A DNA stretch of 64,000 nt, taken from contig CM060732.1 in the NCBI GenBank assembly GCA_030704615.1, positions 54,250,001 through 54,314,000 of the forward strand, written 5' to 3'. Under the pieces are notes generated by a model. That model saw only the letters and a list, made by a program, of their open reading frames with translations, was not told the DNA's origin and did no database searches. The stretch is from Takakia lepidozioides (Eukaryota > Plantae > Bryophyta). The position numbers and the translations under genes were made by a program. Below, one piece after another: positions 48,891-61,643 of this stretch (the stretch's first letter is position 1; the number at the start of each line of letters is the position of its first letter).

Positions 48891-50047
48891 CATTGTTGAA
48901 GGTATGGCATGGAATGGCTGATTACACCTCTGCATCGCATGTAAGTCCACAAAAAGATTCACATGAGTCTCAGTATCTACTTAAGTAGTGCCGCTGCTGA
49001 ATGCAAGCTAGCACAAAACCATACTCCCCGGGCTTCCCGATTGTCTGCAAATGGTGGCACATGCCATCAATCATGAATTGCATTAGCAGTGGCGAACTCC
49101 CCCCCCCCCCCGGAAGTCATGAAATGAAGGCATCTCGCTCATCTGAAATCCAGTGTCTCGATTGAAAATCTCGCTGCGCAGTATAGGCATAAGAACACCT
49201 CTATTGTCGACTTGACATATGTTTTCTTTGCCGTAGCTACCTAACACCATGTTTGGCATTTGATTGCGTACATCTCCGGAAGCCATATCGGCCCTCAAAA
49301 TCTGCGCTGTTGTTGCGCTGTTCAACCAACATCCAGTCGAAATTTGCTGTGGCTCGGTCAAAGGTTCAAAAAGACAGCTGCTTACAGTGTGAAGGCCGCG
49401 AAAGCCCAGGCTGTTTATGTGAGGAATCGCCACACACTACTGAAATGAAGGTCATTTCGCAGATCTGTAGATCCCATAGAAAAGCAGGGTTTCCACAACG
49501 TTATCAGTATCATTAGCAATAAAGATACGCACGATACTTGGTCTTGGGACGAAAATGAAAATCGATGCCAGCGTCCCTTCAATTTGCACTACTATTTAAT
49601 ATCTCTGCAATCACTGCGATGCCACGATCTCCATCCGCCGGTAGTTCAAACCTCCGATACAAAAATGAATCATATCAAGCTCTTTGAGAATGTAATCCTT
49701 AATGCAGCCACTCACGCAGACCAAATTTCTCCCCAAAATACGTAGCTTCCTGCCGCTCCACAGGACATCTGAATGCCTATACGTGTTTCAAGGATCCAAA
49801 CACCGACATCAAACACCAGATCGCACCTACATGAGCTGCTGCAGTCAATCCTCAACCGCCGCTACCGGCAAACAAGTGTGCAGAAGTAGGAAAGAAAGTA
49901 TTAACAATGACGGTACACGTGTGAAGCGCTCTGGTGAGCTTGATTGCGAAGGCCTAGTGCAGCAGCAGTGCAGACGATGGTGAGTCAGCAGCAGCAAGGG
50001 GCAGCTCTCGTGCAGACAGACGGCCAGCCAAGACAGTACTTATAGAA

Positions 50048-50857
50048 CCGTCCCTGGACAACCGTTTAGGCGATAATTAATTCAAAATGAAAGTGCCTAA
50101 TCAATTCTGTGAATTTTTCAGATTTTGGCCTAATTGTTGGGAAATTATGGGACCAAAGTGCCTAATGCCCGAAAATTCCACCCAAAAACTTGCAAGCCTC
50201 TTCTCATGTTGTTTGTAATAAGATCAAAATTTCTTTGAACAAAAATCAATACAAATATATGCGTGCGGAAATAACTAGCCTACCAGCCTACCACAACTCA
50301 AGAGTACCAATGATGTAAGAGGTTTCACCATGCACCAGCATACCAATATGAAAACCAGTGTACCCAATGACCAATGTATCAAAGCCCTCTACCAACGTGC
50401 CTACACTAGTGTGGACTACCAATATTGAACTCACCTAAAGTATGAGAGCAAAGGGAGAGCTAGCCTGTACCAGCTTGAGCCTTGGAGCACCGCGTACAAC
50501 AAAAACGGGCATTTTTAGGGTTTCAAAGGAAATAAAAGGTAGCTCGAGCCTGGAAGGGGCCATGGGCATTGGGTGTCTATTTCGTAATTTTATTCTTAAA
50601 GAAAATAAATGTTTTCTGCCTAATTCTAAAAAATTATAGCATGAAGATGCCTGATTTGAGAAATTGTTTTCAAAACATCCAAGGGTTTTAATTTTTTTCC
50701 CTTCAAATATCTTAATAAAACAAATCCAGGGCCTCATCCCCTGTTTTCCAAAAAACAAAAAAAAAACAAAAAACAAAAAACAAAAAACATGCCTAATTTT
50801 CTGATTGATTGATTTTATTATTAAGCGCAAAAATGCCTAAACGGTTGTCCAGGGAGG
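50048..50857. mobile_element. Non-autonomous TIR element (MITE-like, possibly Tc1/mariner type)
   Basis: Perfect 21-bp TIR TCCCTGGACAACCGTTTAGGC (50051-50071) / GCCTAAACGGTTGTCCAGGGA (50835-50855), AT-rich interior, TA on the right flank only. Confidence 0.75.
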
Positions 50858-51166
50858 TACTCATCAGAAAAGGATGCCTCGTACAAGGAAGTGGGCCCCT
50901 TTTCGAGGGGCGGGCTCCATCAACAAGGGTGGATAATTAAGTGGGGTAAGTTAACAGCAGCCGCCTCGTGGCCGACAAGAATGCAAGCTTCTCGTGTGCA
51001 TGCAGCGTGCGGATCATGGAGCTTCCATGCCCACCCTTCACACTTCCATCGAGCTTTAGACTCAGCCCACGCGTTTGACTTTGCAGTGGAATGGGGTGTA
51101 CACAGGTTAGGGCATATGCATGTGTAGAGATATCTGGGTAGCTCGAGAAAGAGTCTGCTATCTCGA

Positions 51167-51489
51167 ATGATGGCCAACTTTGTGGTGTTTAAGAGTGCAT
51201 TGGGTGCATTGACAGAAGCTCACACGAAACCGAGCTGTGGTCGAAGGCCGTTGCAGCCACAACTGTTGGAGGAAGCACCCAAGCGTGCATTTCTTGTCCC
51301 TCGGTCTCTGCTGCTTCAAAGAAGCGGATCCGGTTTGTTTTACTGCCGGCAACCAGTCTCCTTGCGGGTAGCCGCTATGGCTGCTAGAACGAAAAGCACC
51401 GTGACTTCTCTCGAGCTGCAGCAGGTCCTTCTTACTGGGGATCAACTGTCCAAGGTGAGTGCTGCTAAGAGCCTGAAAAAGACGACGAC

Positions 51490-51524
<35 letters not shown>

Positions 51525-54401
51525 TGTAGCATGTGGGACAGCACTTGCAAGCTCGCTTGGTCTTAAAACCTGCCCCGCCAGTAGAAATATTTGAAGTGAA
51601 TTATAGCTGACAAGGTCCGTCCTCCAATGGATCGGGGAAGGATTAATTTTCTTACCCTTCATGTAATTCTTAGCATGGCCAGCATTCAAGGAAATCGATG
51701 AAATGACTGAAGGTCGCTCACAAGATATAAGGCAGAATTGATAAGGAAATAGAGTTCGTAAGTTTAACCACTCACATGGAGTTGCAACCATAGCTGTACT
51801 GACAGGCCATTTGCGACTTGAGAAATGTACTGCAAGGGACAATACTTGATGATGTCTCTTAGACATTCATGAATTACAGTGGATCTGTTGAAGAATGGAT
51901 CAACCAGACAATAGCCATCGGTGGGTCTGGAAGTTCTCTTTCAGCGCTTAGACGCAACGACTGTCAACAAATTTTCTTTCTCTTGGGCCCTGGCTGCTGT
52001 TTTGACTCCAATGAGCTCGGAAGGTATTCTTGCAAACTCTACTGACAGTACAAGTCAATGACAGGCAAAAGCAGCCATGGACAGATTTATACAAAGTGTG
52101 GCCACAACGGAAAGGCGGGAGGGTGCTGCACCCTATTATTTGCTCCACAAAGAAGGAGAGCGGGTTTATGGAACCGTGTTGATGTTCCATGGGTTCTCGT
52201 CAACAGTTGGGCAGATGAAGCTTCTTGCTCAGTACCTCTTTGAGAATGGCTTCAACGTGTACCAGCCTGCTCTCTATGGGCACTACTTTATCAACCCAGA
52301 CAAGAATTGGGCCCAGGTTTGCTCCTGGATGCTTGGAGTTACAAATAAGATAGAGAAAAGTCCATGGTACAGTACCAAACCATGAAACATGTTTCGCTTT
52401 TGTTGCAATAGAGCAAAGGTCTATGCCGTGTGTCAAGAGAAAAGTGGAATTGAGTGCATATAGTAGATCTATCATACGATTCGCTAAACTTGGCTCGCCA
52501 TTCCAACAGACGGACATGCGACCAGAATGGAAGGAGAAGATTGGAGAGCTTCTAATGGCATACCCAAATCTGCCAGCGACACTCAAAGGTCTTAAGAGCA
52601 TTTCCACCATTACCCCTGAGGAGGTAACTGTGTAAACCAAGAGCATTGTCATTGTCCCTCTGTAGGGTCCGTTTAGTGCAACCCCTGGATGTCTGCCTGG
52701 TTTTGAGAGTTGGCATTTGATTGGATTCAAGCAAATGCAGTTTCAACCGAATTTACGAAGGAGATGTGTGCAGGTGAATACAGTATTTTCAAGTCTAACA
52801 ATGCTACCGAAAGCTGAGAGAGAAATAATCGATGCCGTCAATGATACTGAGTACACTGAATCTTTCTACAGGTCCTGCCTTTGTCCGCTCACCACTTATG
52901 TAGTGCTTGAAATTTTAGTAGAGTGTAATGGCTCATGACTCCTAGATCCTGTGTCTTTTATAGTCGACTTACATTCCGAGTCAAATTGCTCTGGGATGAA
53001 GCATACTGTCTTTCTAATGCCCTTGTTATCAGGCAATTGGTTGAGGACAAAAATCTGTTCACCTGTTATTAAAGGTCACTTAAATGCATGCGGTGACTTT
53101 TGCAGATTCTTTGAATCAAACCATCTACACTACTTGCATCATGGTGAGGCTAGGCTGAAAGAGGTAGAGGCCCTTCCAGGGCCGATCTTCACAGTGGGGC
53201 TGTCTATGGGAGGGAGTACCGCTTTAGCAGTGGCAGCGAAGCATCCTGAAAAGATTTCCAAGACTGTGGCATTCGCCCCCCTCCTGAAGGTTGTCATCCT
53301 GTTTGTATCAGATGAATGTGCCGTCTTTTGAAGATGCATAATTAGTGTTCCTTCTGGTAAGAAAAACTAAAGCATGCCGACATACTTTTTTCTTCCCACA
53401 AGCAGGTTTGGATTTTATGGGTGGGGTTGACCAGTGCAGGTCGTCAATGACATGAACAGGAGATTCTCACTTATCGCGGGTCCCTTGGGTGTGAAAGAAT
53501 CTGGGTGGTATCCTGAAATGCCATTTACTTTAAGCTGCTTATCAGCTGTTGATGTGTTTGGGCACAGCGTGCGCAGTAAGGCAAATGTGGATGTGCTGAC
53601 CAAGATGCCCACATTTTTAGTGCTGACTGAGAACGATGACTCTGCCTATGTTCCGACTAGTCTACATTTTGCTCAGGCGCTTCTTTCCCATTCAGGTATG
53701 GCTACATGCTGAAGCTCTCAGGTGGGGAGAGCCAATATATCTCTGTACGGTGCCGTTGCATTCTAATTGCCATGAACAAGTAAAGGACGCATTCAATGCT
53801 CAACGAGAGCTGGGGCTGCCTGGTGTGTCAGGGTTTGCTGCACAATGTTGACGTCTGTGCATGCATTTGACAAATTTTTAATGCTGTAACAGATAAAAAC
53901 GGCCCGCCACATCTGTCTGCAATCTACTCAAAGTCTGAGATGGTGCCTCATCCTATGATCAACCCTGCTGAGGTAACTGTTTAGCAGACAAGCATCCCGT
54001 CTTGTGCTTGGGTCTCACAGCATAGATTTTATAAGGAAAGCACAAATAGGATCAGATTCCAATCTCTTCCCCTCCAGTCTGGTTTCCTGCTCAAAAGGCC
54101 TCCATCATGTGGTGTCTCCTTTCCAGAGAATGTTCAACATTGCATGGTTAGGAATGACAAATCTTATTGGTTAAAGTGAAGATTTACATGTCTTGGATTC
54201 TTGATTGGCAACTTTGAAATCTACAGATCGTAACCGTTGTCAGAATGTGTGCTCCCTCAGGTGAGCCAGGGGATGACGAACTGCTACTGGACCACCCTTT
54301 ACCAGGAGACTTTCCGCTTCCTTACTCAAGGCACAGCAAACCTGGATAAGCTGCACTCCCTTAGCCAAGATCCTGGGCTACCGCAAGTTGCACCTCTCTG
54401 A
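51167..54401 (+). CDS. Alpha/beta-hydrolase (esterase/lipase-like) with a probable plastid transit peptide, multi-exon
   Basis: Spliced DQLSK|AKAAMDRF...VLMFHGFSS...VGLSMGG (GxSxG)...LTENDDSA (Asp)...VPHPMINPAE (His)|VSQGMTNCYWTTLYQETFRFL...PQVAPL*. Ser/Arg/Ala-rich N-terminus. Confidence 0.85.
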
Positions 54402-56338
54402 AGGATATTTTCTTGTCGGAGTAACGGATTCTCCAGAAAAACAACGGCAACACTTCTTGGCTTCCATAATCACAGATTTTCATGATTCTGTCATGAAAGT
54501 TTTTTTGAGTTTCAGCTCCTAGAAACTGTATTGACATGATCTGGTGTACCCTACAACTGGAAATCATTGGACCAGGGCACTGGGGTAGCACCCGATCGAG
54601 GCTATTTCAGAATGTGGATCAAGTTGATGTTTGGACATGAAGGGAAAGATTTATGTAAGCGGTCAGCCCAAGACGCATAGAGTTATCAAAACACGTGTCT
54701 GGAATTTAGGTCTTCAATGAGCTCTCTCTGGCAGTCAAGCTTGGCACAAGTTTTGTCATTCAGACTGCATTGGGACTCTTCCATCATATTGTGCTCGTTC
54801 TCGAACCTTATCGAACATTTAATTTCATGTCAGTTTCCAACTCTGAATTTCCTAGACAAGGTGAGAAGAAAGAAGAGAGAGGAGAGGAGGAAGACTCAAC
54901 TTTCAAGACTCCTGCTGAAGCATACTATGTAACTTATGGTGTCACTTTAGCCTTAAGGGCTATTGCCTTCTGTTTGGAGGGTGGACCGAGAAGAAATAAA
55001 TTGGTACTTTATCTCGTCCGTGGAAAGCTCAAAGAGCTTATGGAACAAGAGGAAGAAAGAAAAAAGAAAGAACAAGCAGCCAAAAAGCAACTATAAATCT
55101 CATTTGAAGGAGTCAGCGCTTCGTGTGCAGGTAAGGTGCCAAACATTTCTGACCCTCGTAACATTTGGAAGTCCTCCGTCCATCCAGATTCTTTCTCATG
55201 TCTAGCTCTCAGTTGAATCTCCCACAGATCTCAGATTATAAAGGCCAGTGAACAAAAAGTTCTTCACTTTCAAATTCCGTGAAGTTGCCAGGCAAGCGGG
55301 GCATGGTGGGTGGTCACGTTGCAGATTTCTCTATCCGCAGACTGTGGGAGCTCACCCTAAACCTCCTCGATGCCCTTAGAACTAGCGAGAGAGATAGATG
55401 CAGACAGGCAATCAGCCGCAAGATCCTATCGTCACGGAGAACCAAGAATGTCTCCCGATAGAATTGTAGTTTTGTAGTGGCTGGTTTCCATGTCCCCCTG
55501 ACGTGCAGTTCCATAAGTTCTTTCTGATGCATAGAGAGTGCATTGCGCTCAAAAAAGTTGGACGCCCGAGCATACCAAGAGTGCTTGAAACTTGAAACCA
55601 CCTGTTTTGAGCTTGATAGAATTGTGAGGGCCCGGGCTGTCAACCCTGCGGGTGGAAGGGCTTGTAACCTTGTAAGAAAGAATGTAAGCAGGAAGAGGGC
55701 CTCGGTTTGAAGTGGGACTAATGCAAATTCCGCACATAGAATTTTTGATGGCGTTGTCTCTCCAACTCCAAGCAACCCTTGGAGGAAGACGATTGCAGCG
55801 GTTCCAAATTTTTTTCCCAGCAGGAAACTAGGACACTAGGTGCCAAGAACTCACAGCCATAAGTGGCGGCAGGGGTGACAAGTGACAACCGAGTCAGAGA
55901 GCCACTCTGGGGGTGGGTGGTGCACGTGAAAGAAAGATGAAGAAAGAAACTCTACGACGTCCATGGGAAGCTCAAAGTGAGGAAAGGATACGTATGGCTA
56001 GCAATACATGTAATGCTTCTGAAGGATGAAAAATGCAACAAGTCTGGACAACATGATTTCAAATGATCTAAAATGCACTGACATGGCCCCACTTCAATGA
56101 GGCAGCTAGCTGCGCGCCAGTGATTCTATCGACCCACATCAATGAGTATTTTTTAGCGTTTTGATTGCTTCTGAACTTTGTATGGGCCCGACTAGCGCCA
56201 GATTGTCGCATATAATAGAATGCCTATCTCATGACTTCGTTTGTAGAGCAATCCTGGTCAAGCAAACCATGAAGGTTCACATCAAAGAGGTAATATTTCT
56301 CGTCTGATCTCTTTCTGCACTGTACTTAGCCTTCCCAC

Positions 56339-56790
56339 ATGCAGTTGCAGGTCAAAACATCAGTTTGGATTTCAGTGACTTTACCGACTCAAGGATCTCA
56401 GGTTCTCAATTGCCGGATTTAATTTCTGGCCGAAGGGAATGGAGATGAATCACTTTAAGTAGTACGATATTATACTACGAAATTGAAGTTTCGAGACTCT
56501 CTGACACCGGTAGTATGGCCTCTTTGCCACCTCCCTCTTGTTCTCCAAAGAGGCACCATTCACTTGTCATGGTGATGGGATCGCATTCGTGTTTGCTTCC
56601 GCTCAAACAGTAGTGGTCACCTCATGGACCGTCCACAGGATTCTGGTTAGCCCTGGCAATCACAGATATCTTTGCAGATGACGCGAGCATAATCATGTAG
56701 TCGTGAACATCACTGTATAACTCAGTGGATTTGTGCAGTCGCGAGGCAGTCGCTCCTCTACTCCAAACTGATTCATTTCTAGTCGACGCT
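56339..56790 (+). repeat. Second copy of the ~440-bp dispersed repeat
   Basis: See 38564-39000. Confidence 0.88.
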
Positions 56791-57676
56791 TGGATCCACA
56801 ACAATGCTGCAGCCCAGACACTCGAAGTGATACTCACAAAAAGCTCAAGCGATGTAGATATTGCATCAAAAAACCTTAGCAATGTGGACCTGCACAGCAT
56901 TCTTCTGGATTACATGTCTGCAGGATTCTCTGGAACACATACATTCTCGGAGCTTCAGAAACAAGCAGTGTTTGCCCAGACAGACCTCCATGTCAAAGAG
57001 AACTGAGGACTTGAACATTACCTGTATGACGGTTGTTAGTATGTCTAGAACAAGCAGAGACAAATATAAGAATTGTGTTAATAGAAGCATCCTTTCCTCT
57101 AGAGTTTCTAGACTTTTTTGTCCTCAAGACTTTAACTGTTTCCCGAACACCCACTTCTCTTGAATCTTTGGGGAATCTTCTTGTTCACCCTTCATAGGTA
57201 ACATTCTCCACCCAGTTATTTTTCCATGGCTACTGTTCCTTGCAATCTGTTGACAAGTCCTCTGCCGCATGGTTTGCCTGCTGCTGTCAGATAATAATTT
57301 GACCGGCGATCATTGAGGGACGGTACGACGGTACCCGGACAATCGAGGAAAAAATAATCGAGGAAAAAATAACCTCGGGTGGGCCATCAGGCAAAAACAA
57401 TCATGGCAGATCACCGCTATGGGGAGCAAAGCGTAACCAGTCATAGTTCACTGATACAAAACCAGCTGCTAAGAACAAGACTAAAAAGAGACAGCCCTGG
57501 GCATAAATATAGGAAACTAATCTGCCATCTATGAATCCAGAGCGGAGGAAAACACAACACCTCAAGGAGAAGAGGTAGCCAGAAGAACTACAGAGCCAAC
57601 GTTTAGAACGCAAGGGCTCGAAATTCAGATGAGCCCTCGAAATTCAGATGAAACTGGTTCGATCGGCTGTTGTGAA

Positions 57677-59139
57677 TTAACTCCTCCGCCTCCTAACTGC
57701 CAAAGCTTGAGGATAGGTATATCCTACTACACCATCACCTTCTGGAGAACCAGCAGGTGAAACAACATAGCTCGGCTGAGAAATACAGACAGACTCACAG
57801 CTGGCCTGATCTTTCAAATTAACTGACGTAGGTGTAGTAGGAGCATCAGTTCCAGGATATATAGGTCCAACATTCATGGCAACTTGTGGCAGTACGTCTG
57901 ATGAATGCTTCCGAGATTCAAACATCAATCTAGCACTCCTTAAACGCTCCAACTGCATCTCTACTCATCTGCATGTAGTGATTTACAGCACGAGTAACTT
58001 TGATAAAAAGCGGATGCTCTGTAATCTTGAACCTGGGCTCATTAACGAGAGAAACGCAAACCCGATCTTCCTGATCACGCACAAGCAACCGGTTGAACGA
58101 CATGTAGATGTTCATCAAAGATGCAGCGGGATATCGTGTACCATCTTGTTTGCAAACGACCATGAAGAACTCACAAAGCATATCAGCAACTTCTGACAGT
58201 GGCAATTCTTCGATAGTAATACTGTCATCAATACTCATCATCTTCCTCCACGTATTAAAATGGTTCCTAGCCCACGCTTCGTTCTTAGCACTAGGGTTTA
58301 TGTGCTTTTTCATCAATCTATCAAACTCATCCTTGTCAAAACGTAGAAAACCCAGAGTATGAGGTACAACCAAATTGCCTGAACGACTGCTAGATCCAGA
58401 AGTTACGACTGGGTGCTCAATTGCATTTCCTGAGGTAGGAACTACAATATCCAAACGAATGAGCGGAGAAATATCAGGCACCAGAGCTCCACTAGTACGT
58501 ACATCAGATCCAGATGCTACTACTGGAGGTACCATTACATTTCCCAAATCAAGAACAGGAACAGACGAAATAGCGGCATTGTTCTGAGTAAGAACATCAT
58601 AGACAATAGCAGCACCAGAATCACTGACAACTGAATCAATAGCAACAACCGGACTCTCAGGGATAGTGACAGTAGAAACCACGACAGTACTTGTATCAAC
58701 ATTGTTGACAGAAATGTCAGTTTCCACGGGAGCAGTTTCAGCTTTAAGATATGAATCACCATCCACACCGCTATTCAACTCAGCGGAAACAACCTCACTG
58801 TCAATTACAAGATCCTGCTCACAATCTATAGCACTCTGCAACTCACTAGGCTTATCGGTATTGATCAAAGTAACTTCAGGATCATTAGCCACAGTTGATG
58901 AGTCGATCAATATGTCTTCGACGTATTTATCATGCACAGGACGATACATAACCGATACATAACACCTTCTTCACTTCATTCCCATCACACTGCTTCTTCC
59001 TAGTTCTGCGCTTCTTAACAAAAGAAACAGGTGACATTTGCGACAGCGGCAAGAGATTAAAAGAAGGCCTCTCACTACCGGAACTAGAATCATAGCCTCT
59101 CTTCGCTTTAGGCACTCGACTACTTCTACGAACGTCCAT
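57677..59139 (-). mobile_element. Crypton/DUF3504-like tyrosine-recombinase remnant (DNA-binding part, catalytic part apparently deleted)
   Basis: KNEAWARNHFNTWR...IEELP..EVADMLCEFFMVVCKQDGTRYPAASLMNIYMSFNRLL...FKITEHPLFIKV...MQM matches my recollection of the region preceding DUF3504 in ZMYM/KCTD1/CryptonA proteins. Three frameshifted segments. Confidence 0.6.
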
Positions 59140-60587
59140 CTGAGTGCTACTTCATAACCTCCATCTGAGAATCTAAAACTCGCTCAAAAGCGCACTACAG
59201 ACAACAAAATGAGAGAAACAAAACATAAACACGATACTAAAGAGAAAGAGAGGAACCGACTTATCTACCTACCTCCAAAACCCAAGGTACCTCCTTGGTA
59301 ACTGGTTACGCCAGTCATTAGCCAGTCAGCTCGACGCTCCCAGACTGCTGGCTATGTCCGGTAACCGGCCAGCTCTCGCCGGTTACCTAGTCCATAATGT
59401 TTCAATGAGCTTCAATTTATGAAGCCTTGGCAAGCTCATTCATGAATTTAGCCAAGGACTCACACCTCAAAACCGTCACTTATAACCTTAGGTTATTAGA
59501 CCCAATACATATATTCATAACGCCACTTAAAAAACACCCAACCGGTTGTCTACATCAATTTTTAAAATTTTGGCCTCCACCGTTTACTATTGGGACCGGT
59601 TACTTGTATGCCTACACTCTGCCGGTTCCTAATTGGACCGGTTATTTCAATTTTTCATTTGCTGCGCTTATATATATATATAACCGGATAGATAACCAAC
59701 TGTTATTAGAGACAAGAATAAATAACCGCCCAACATTGGTCAAAACCCAGACCTGCACTGGTTGATACCCGGCCAGACCCTATATACCAGTCCAACAGGG
59801 ATATATACACCTCAGATATACCTGCACGCAGGTAATTCAGAGTGTCGTGGACGGGTGGCAAGGCGGGGCTATATAGCGGGTCGGCCGCCTTGCAGCCGGG
59901 GAGGAAGGCCATGTGTGAGAGAGGGCGAGCTTGGCATTCAAAGGAGATGGAGATGCGCCAAGGGGAAATGTGAGGGCCGTTGCATTATTCACAGAGAAAC
60001 GGGTGGAGCGCTGGAGGGATGCAGCAGCAGATTTGGAAGAGCAGGCCTCGGTGTGCGGGGGTGTAGGGCCCAGGTGTGGAGGTGTGGGGCAGGTTGGAGA
60101 GGGGACAAGTGACGTGTGCCAGAGATGCATGTCGGTGGAGTGCACAGCAAAGGACTCTGGGAGTTGCAATCATAAGTAAGCAAGTTACAGACTTTTACAC
60201 TTCACCTCGGTCGTTGAGAGGCAGTTTTGGGATCTCCTACATCTTCAGTCTTGGAGCATTCAGTGTGTGTCTCTTGCTGTCTTGTTGCTGTGCTTGCGTG
60301 AATGGTTGTAAAAAGGAACAGGTTGGGTTCGGAAACTGGGTTTACTTTTCAAGACTCACCAGAGGATTTCTTGGACGGTAGCTGCATAACGATCCGATCT
60401 TGCGTAGTTTGAAAAAGGACTGGCAGTGACGCTGTACATGGAGTGATGTGCGCCCTGAGATTGTGAAATTTTGAACGTACTGGGAATCCAAAGTAGCAGT
60501 GCGAAGATCCGGAAGTTTCATTACAGAGTTTCAGAAGTTGCAGTTCAAACAAATTGTGAAGTGCTTAGTGTGTGCTGGTGACTTTCC

Positions 60588-61643
60588 ATGGCAACCACAA
60601 GAAGGACGAGTACGTTGCCGTTGACATCGCTGAACCATATTTCTCGTACCTGCGAAAATCTTGACAAGTCCCTGGATTTCTACGAGAATGTACTGGGGTT
60701 TGCGCCCATAAAGAGACCCGGATCTTTTAATTTCGATGGAGCTTGGTGAGCAACAGCTTTAGAAACTATGCACATGCAGAATTGACCTCTGCAGGCTACC
60801 TTTCAAGTCAAGTAGGAAGTAAACGTAAATGCCCGATCCTTATTATGGTGGATTTAGTGTTGATTGTTCAGCTCTATTGATTCTTTGTCAGGAGTAATAA
60901 TGGCAGACCTTCGGATTTGGGAAGCAAACTTTGCTTGTGCAACTACTGAGTAGATCTACATCGTGTTGGCGTTTTGCAGGCTATATAATTATGGGATAGG
61001 CATCCATTTACTGGAAGTTGAAGGAAACGAAGAGCTAGGAGCTGCTCCCCATCCTCAAAAGAAGGAACTTAATCCGAGAGATGATCACATTTCATTTCAA
61101 GTAGCTCTTCCTCCTTCACATTGTCCTCTTCTACTTTTACACTCTCAGGCCTAGTATGGGTCATTCTCTGCGGTAGTCTCTGAACTCAGATGATCACTTT
61201 GAAGGCTTTGTGCACATTATCTGATCTTGGCTCTCAAGATTCGAGCTGTAGATGGATCGTTGCGTCGGCACAACTGTCAGTTTCTGTAACTCGTCAGTTT
61301 TCGAAGTTATAACTAACTGTGCAAGTTCGCCAGATCTTTTTACATGTTACCTTGTGGAATGCAGTGTGCTGACATTATGTTGGTCGAGAAGAAGCTGCAA
61401 GAGAATGGCATCAAATACACAAGGCGCCTGGTTGAGGAAGGTGGCATCATGGTCGATCAACTCTTCTTTCATGACCCCGATGGTTTCATGATTGAAGTGT
61501 GCGACTGTGAGAAACTCCCAGTGGAGCCTTTGGGCCCCACAGCTTGCTTGAGATATCCATCAAGAAAGCGGACATCTCCCATTGCCTTACTTCCAGAGAC
61601 TGTCACACAGCAGCTTCAAGCCGAATACAGCCAGAGGAGGTAG
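60588..61643 (+). CDS. Glyoxalase I-like / VOC family protein, 3 coding exons
   Basis: LPLTSLNHISRTC...FYENVLGF...RPGSFNFDGAW|LYNYGIGIHLL...NPRDDHISFQ|C...VDQLFFHDPDGFMIEVCDCEKLP. Confidence 0.93.

Noticed and set aside
54770-55775. Two opposite-strand ORFs, one vaguely LINE-like
   Set aside because: No diagnostic motif and no termini.
59931-60179. 82-aa ORF upstream of the glyoxalase gene
   Set aside because: Non-ATG start and it ends at a GT donor; more likely a 5' UTR exon.
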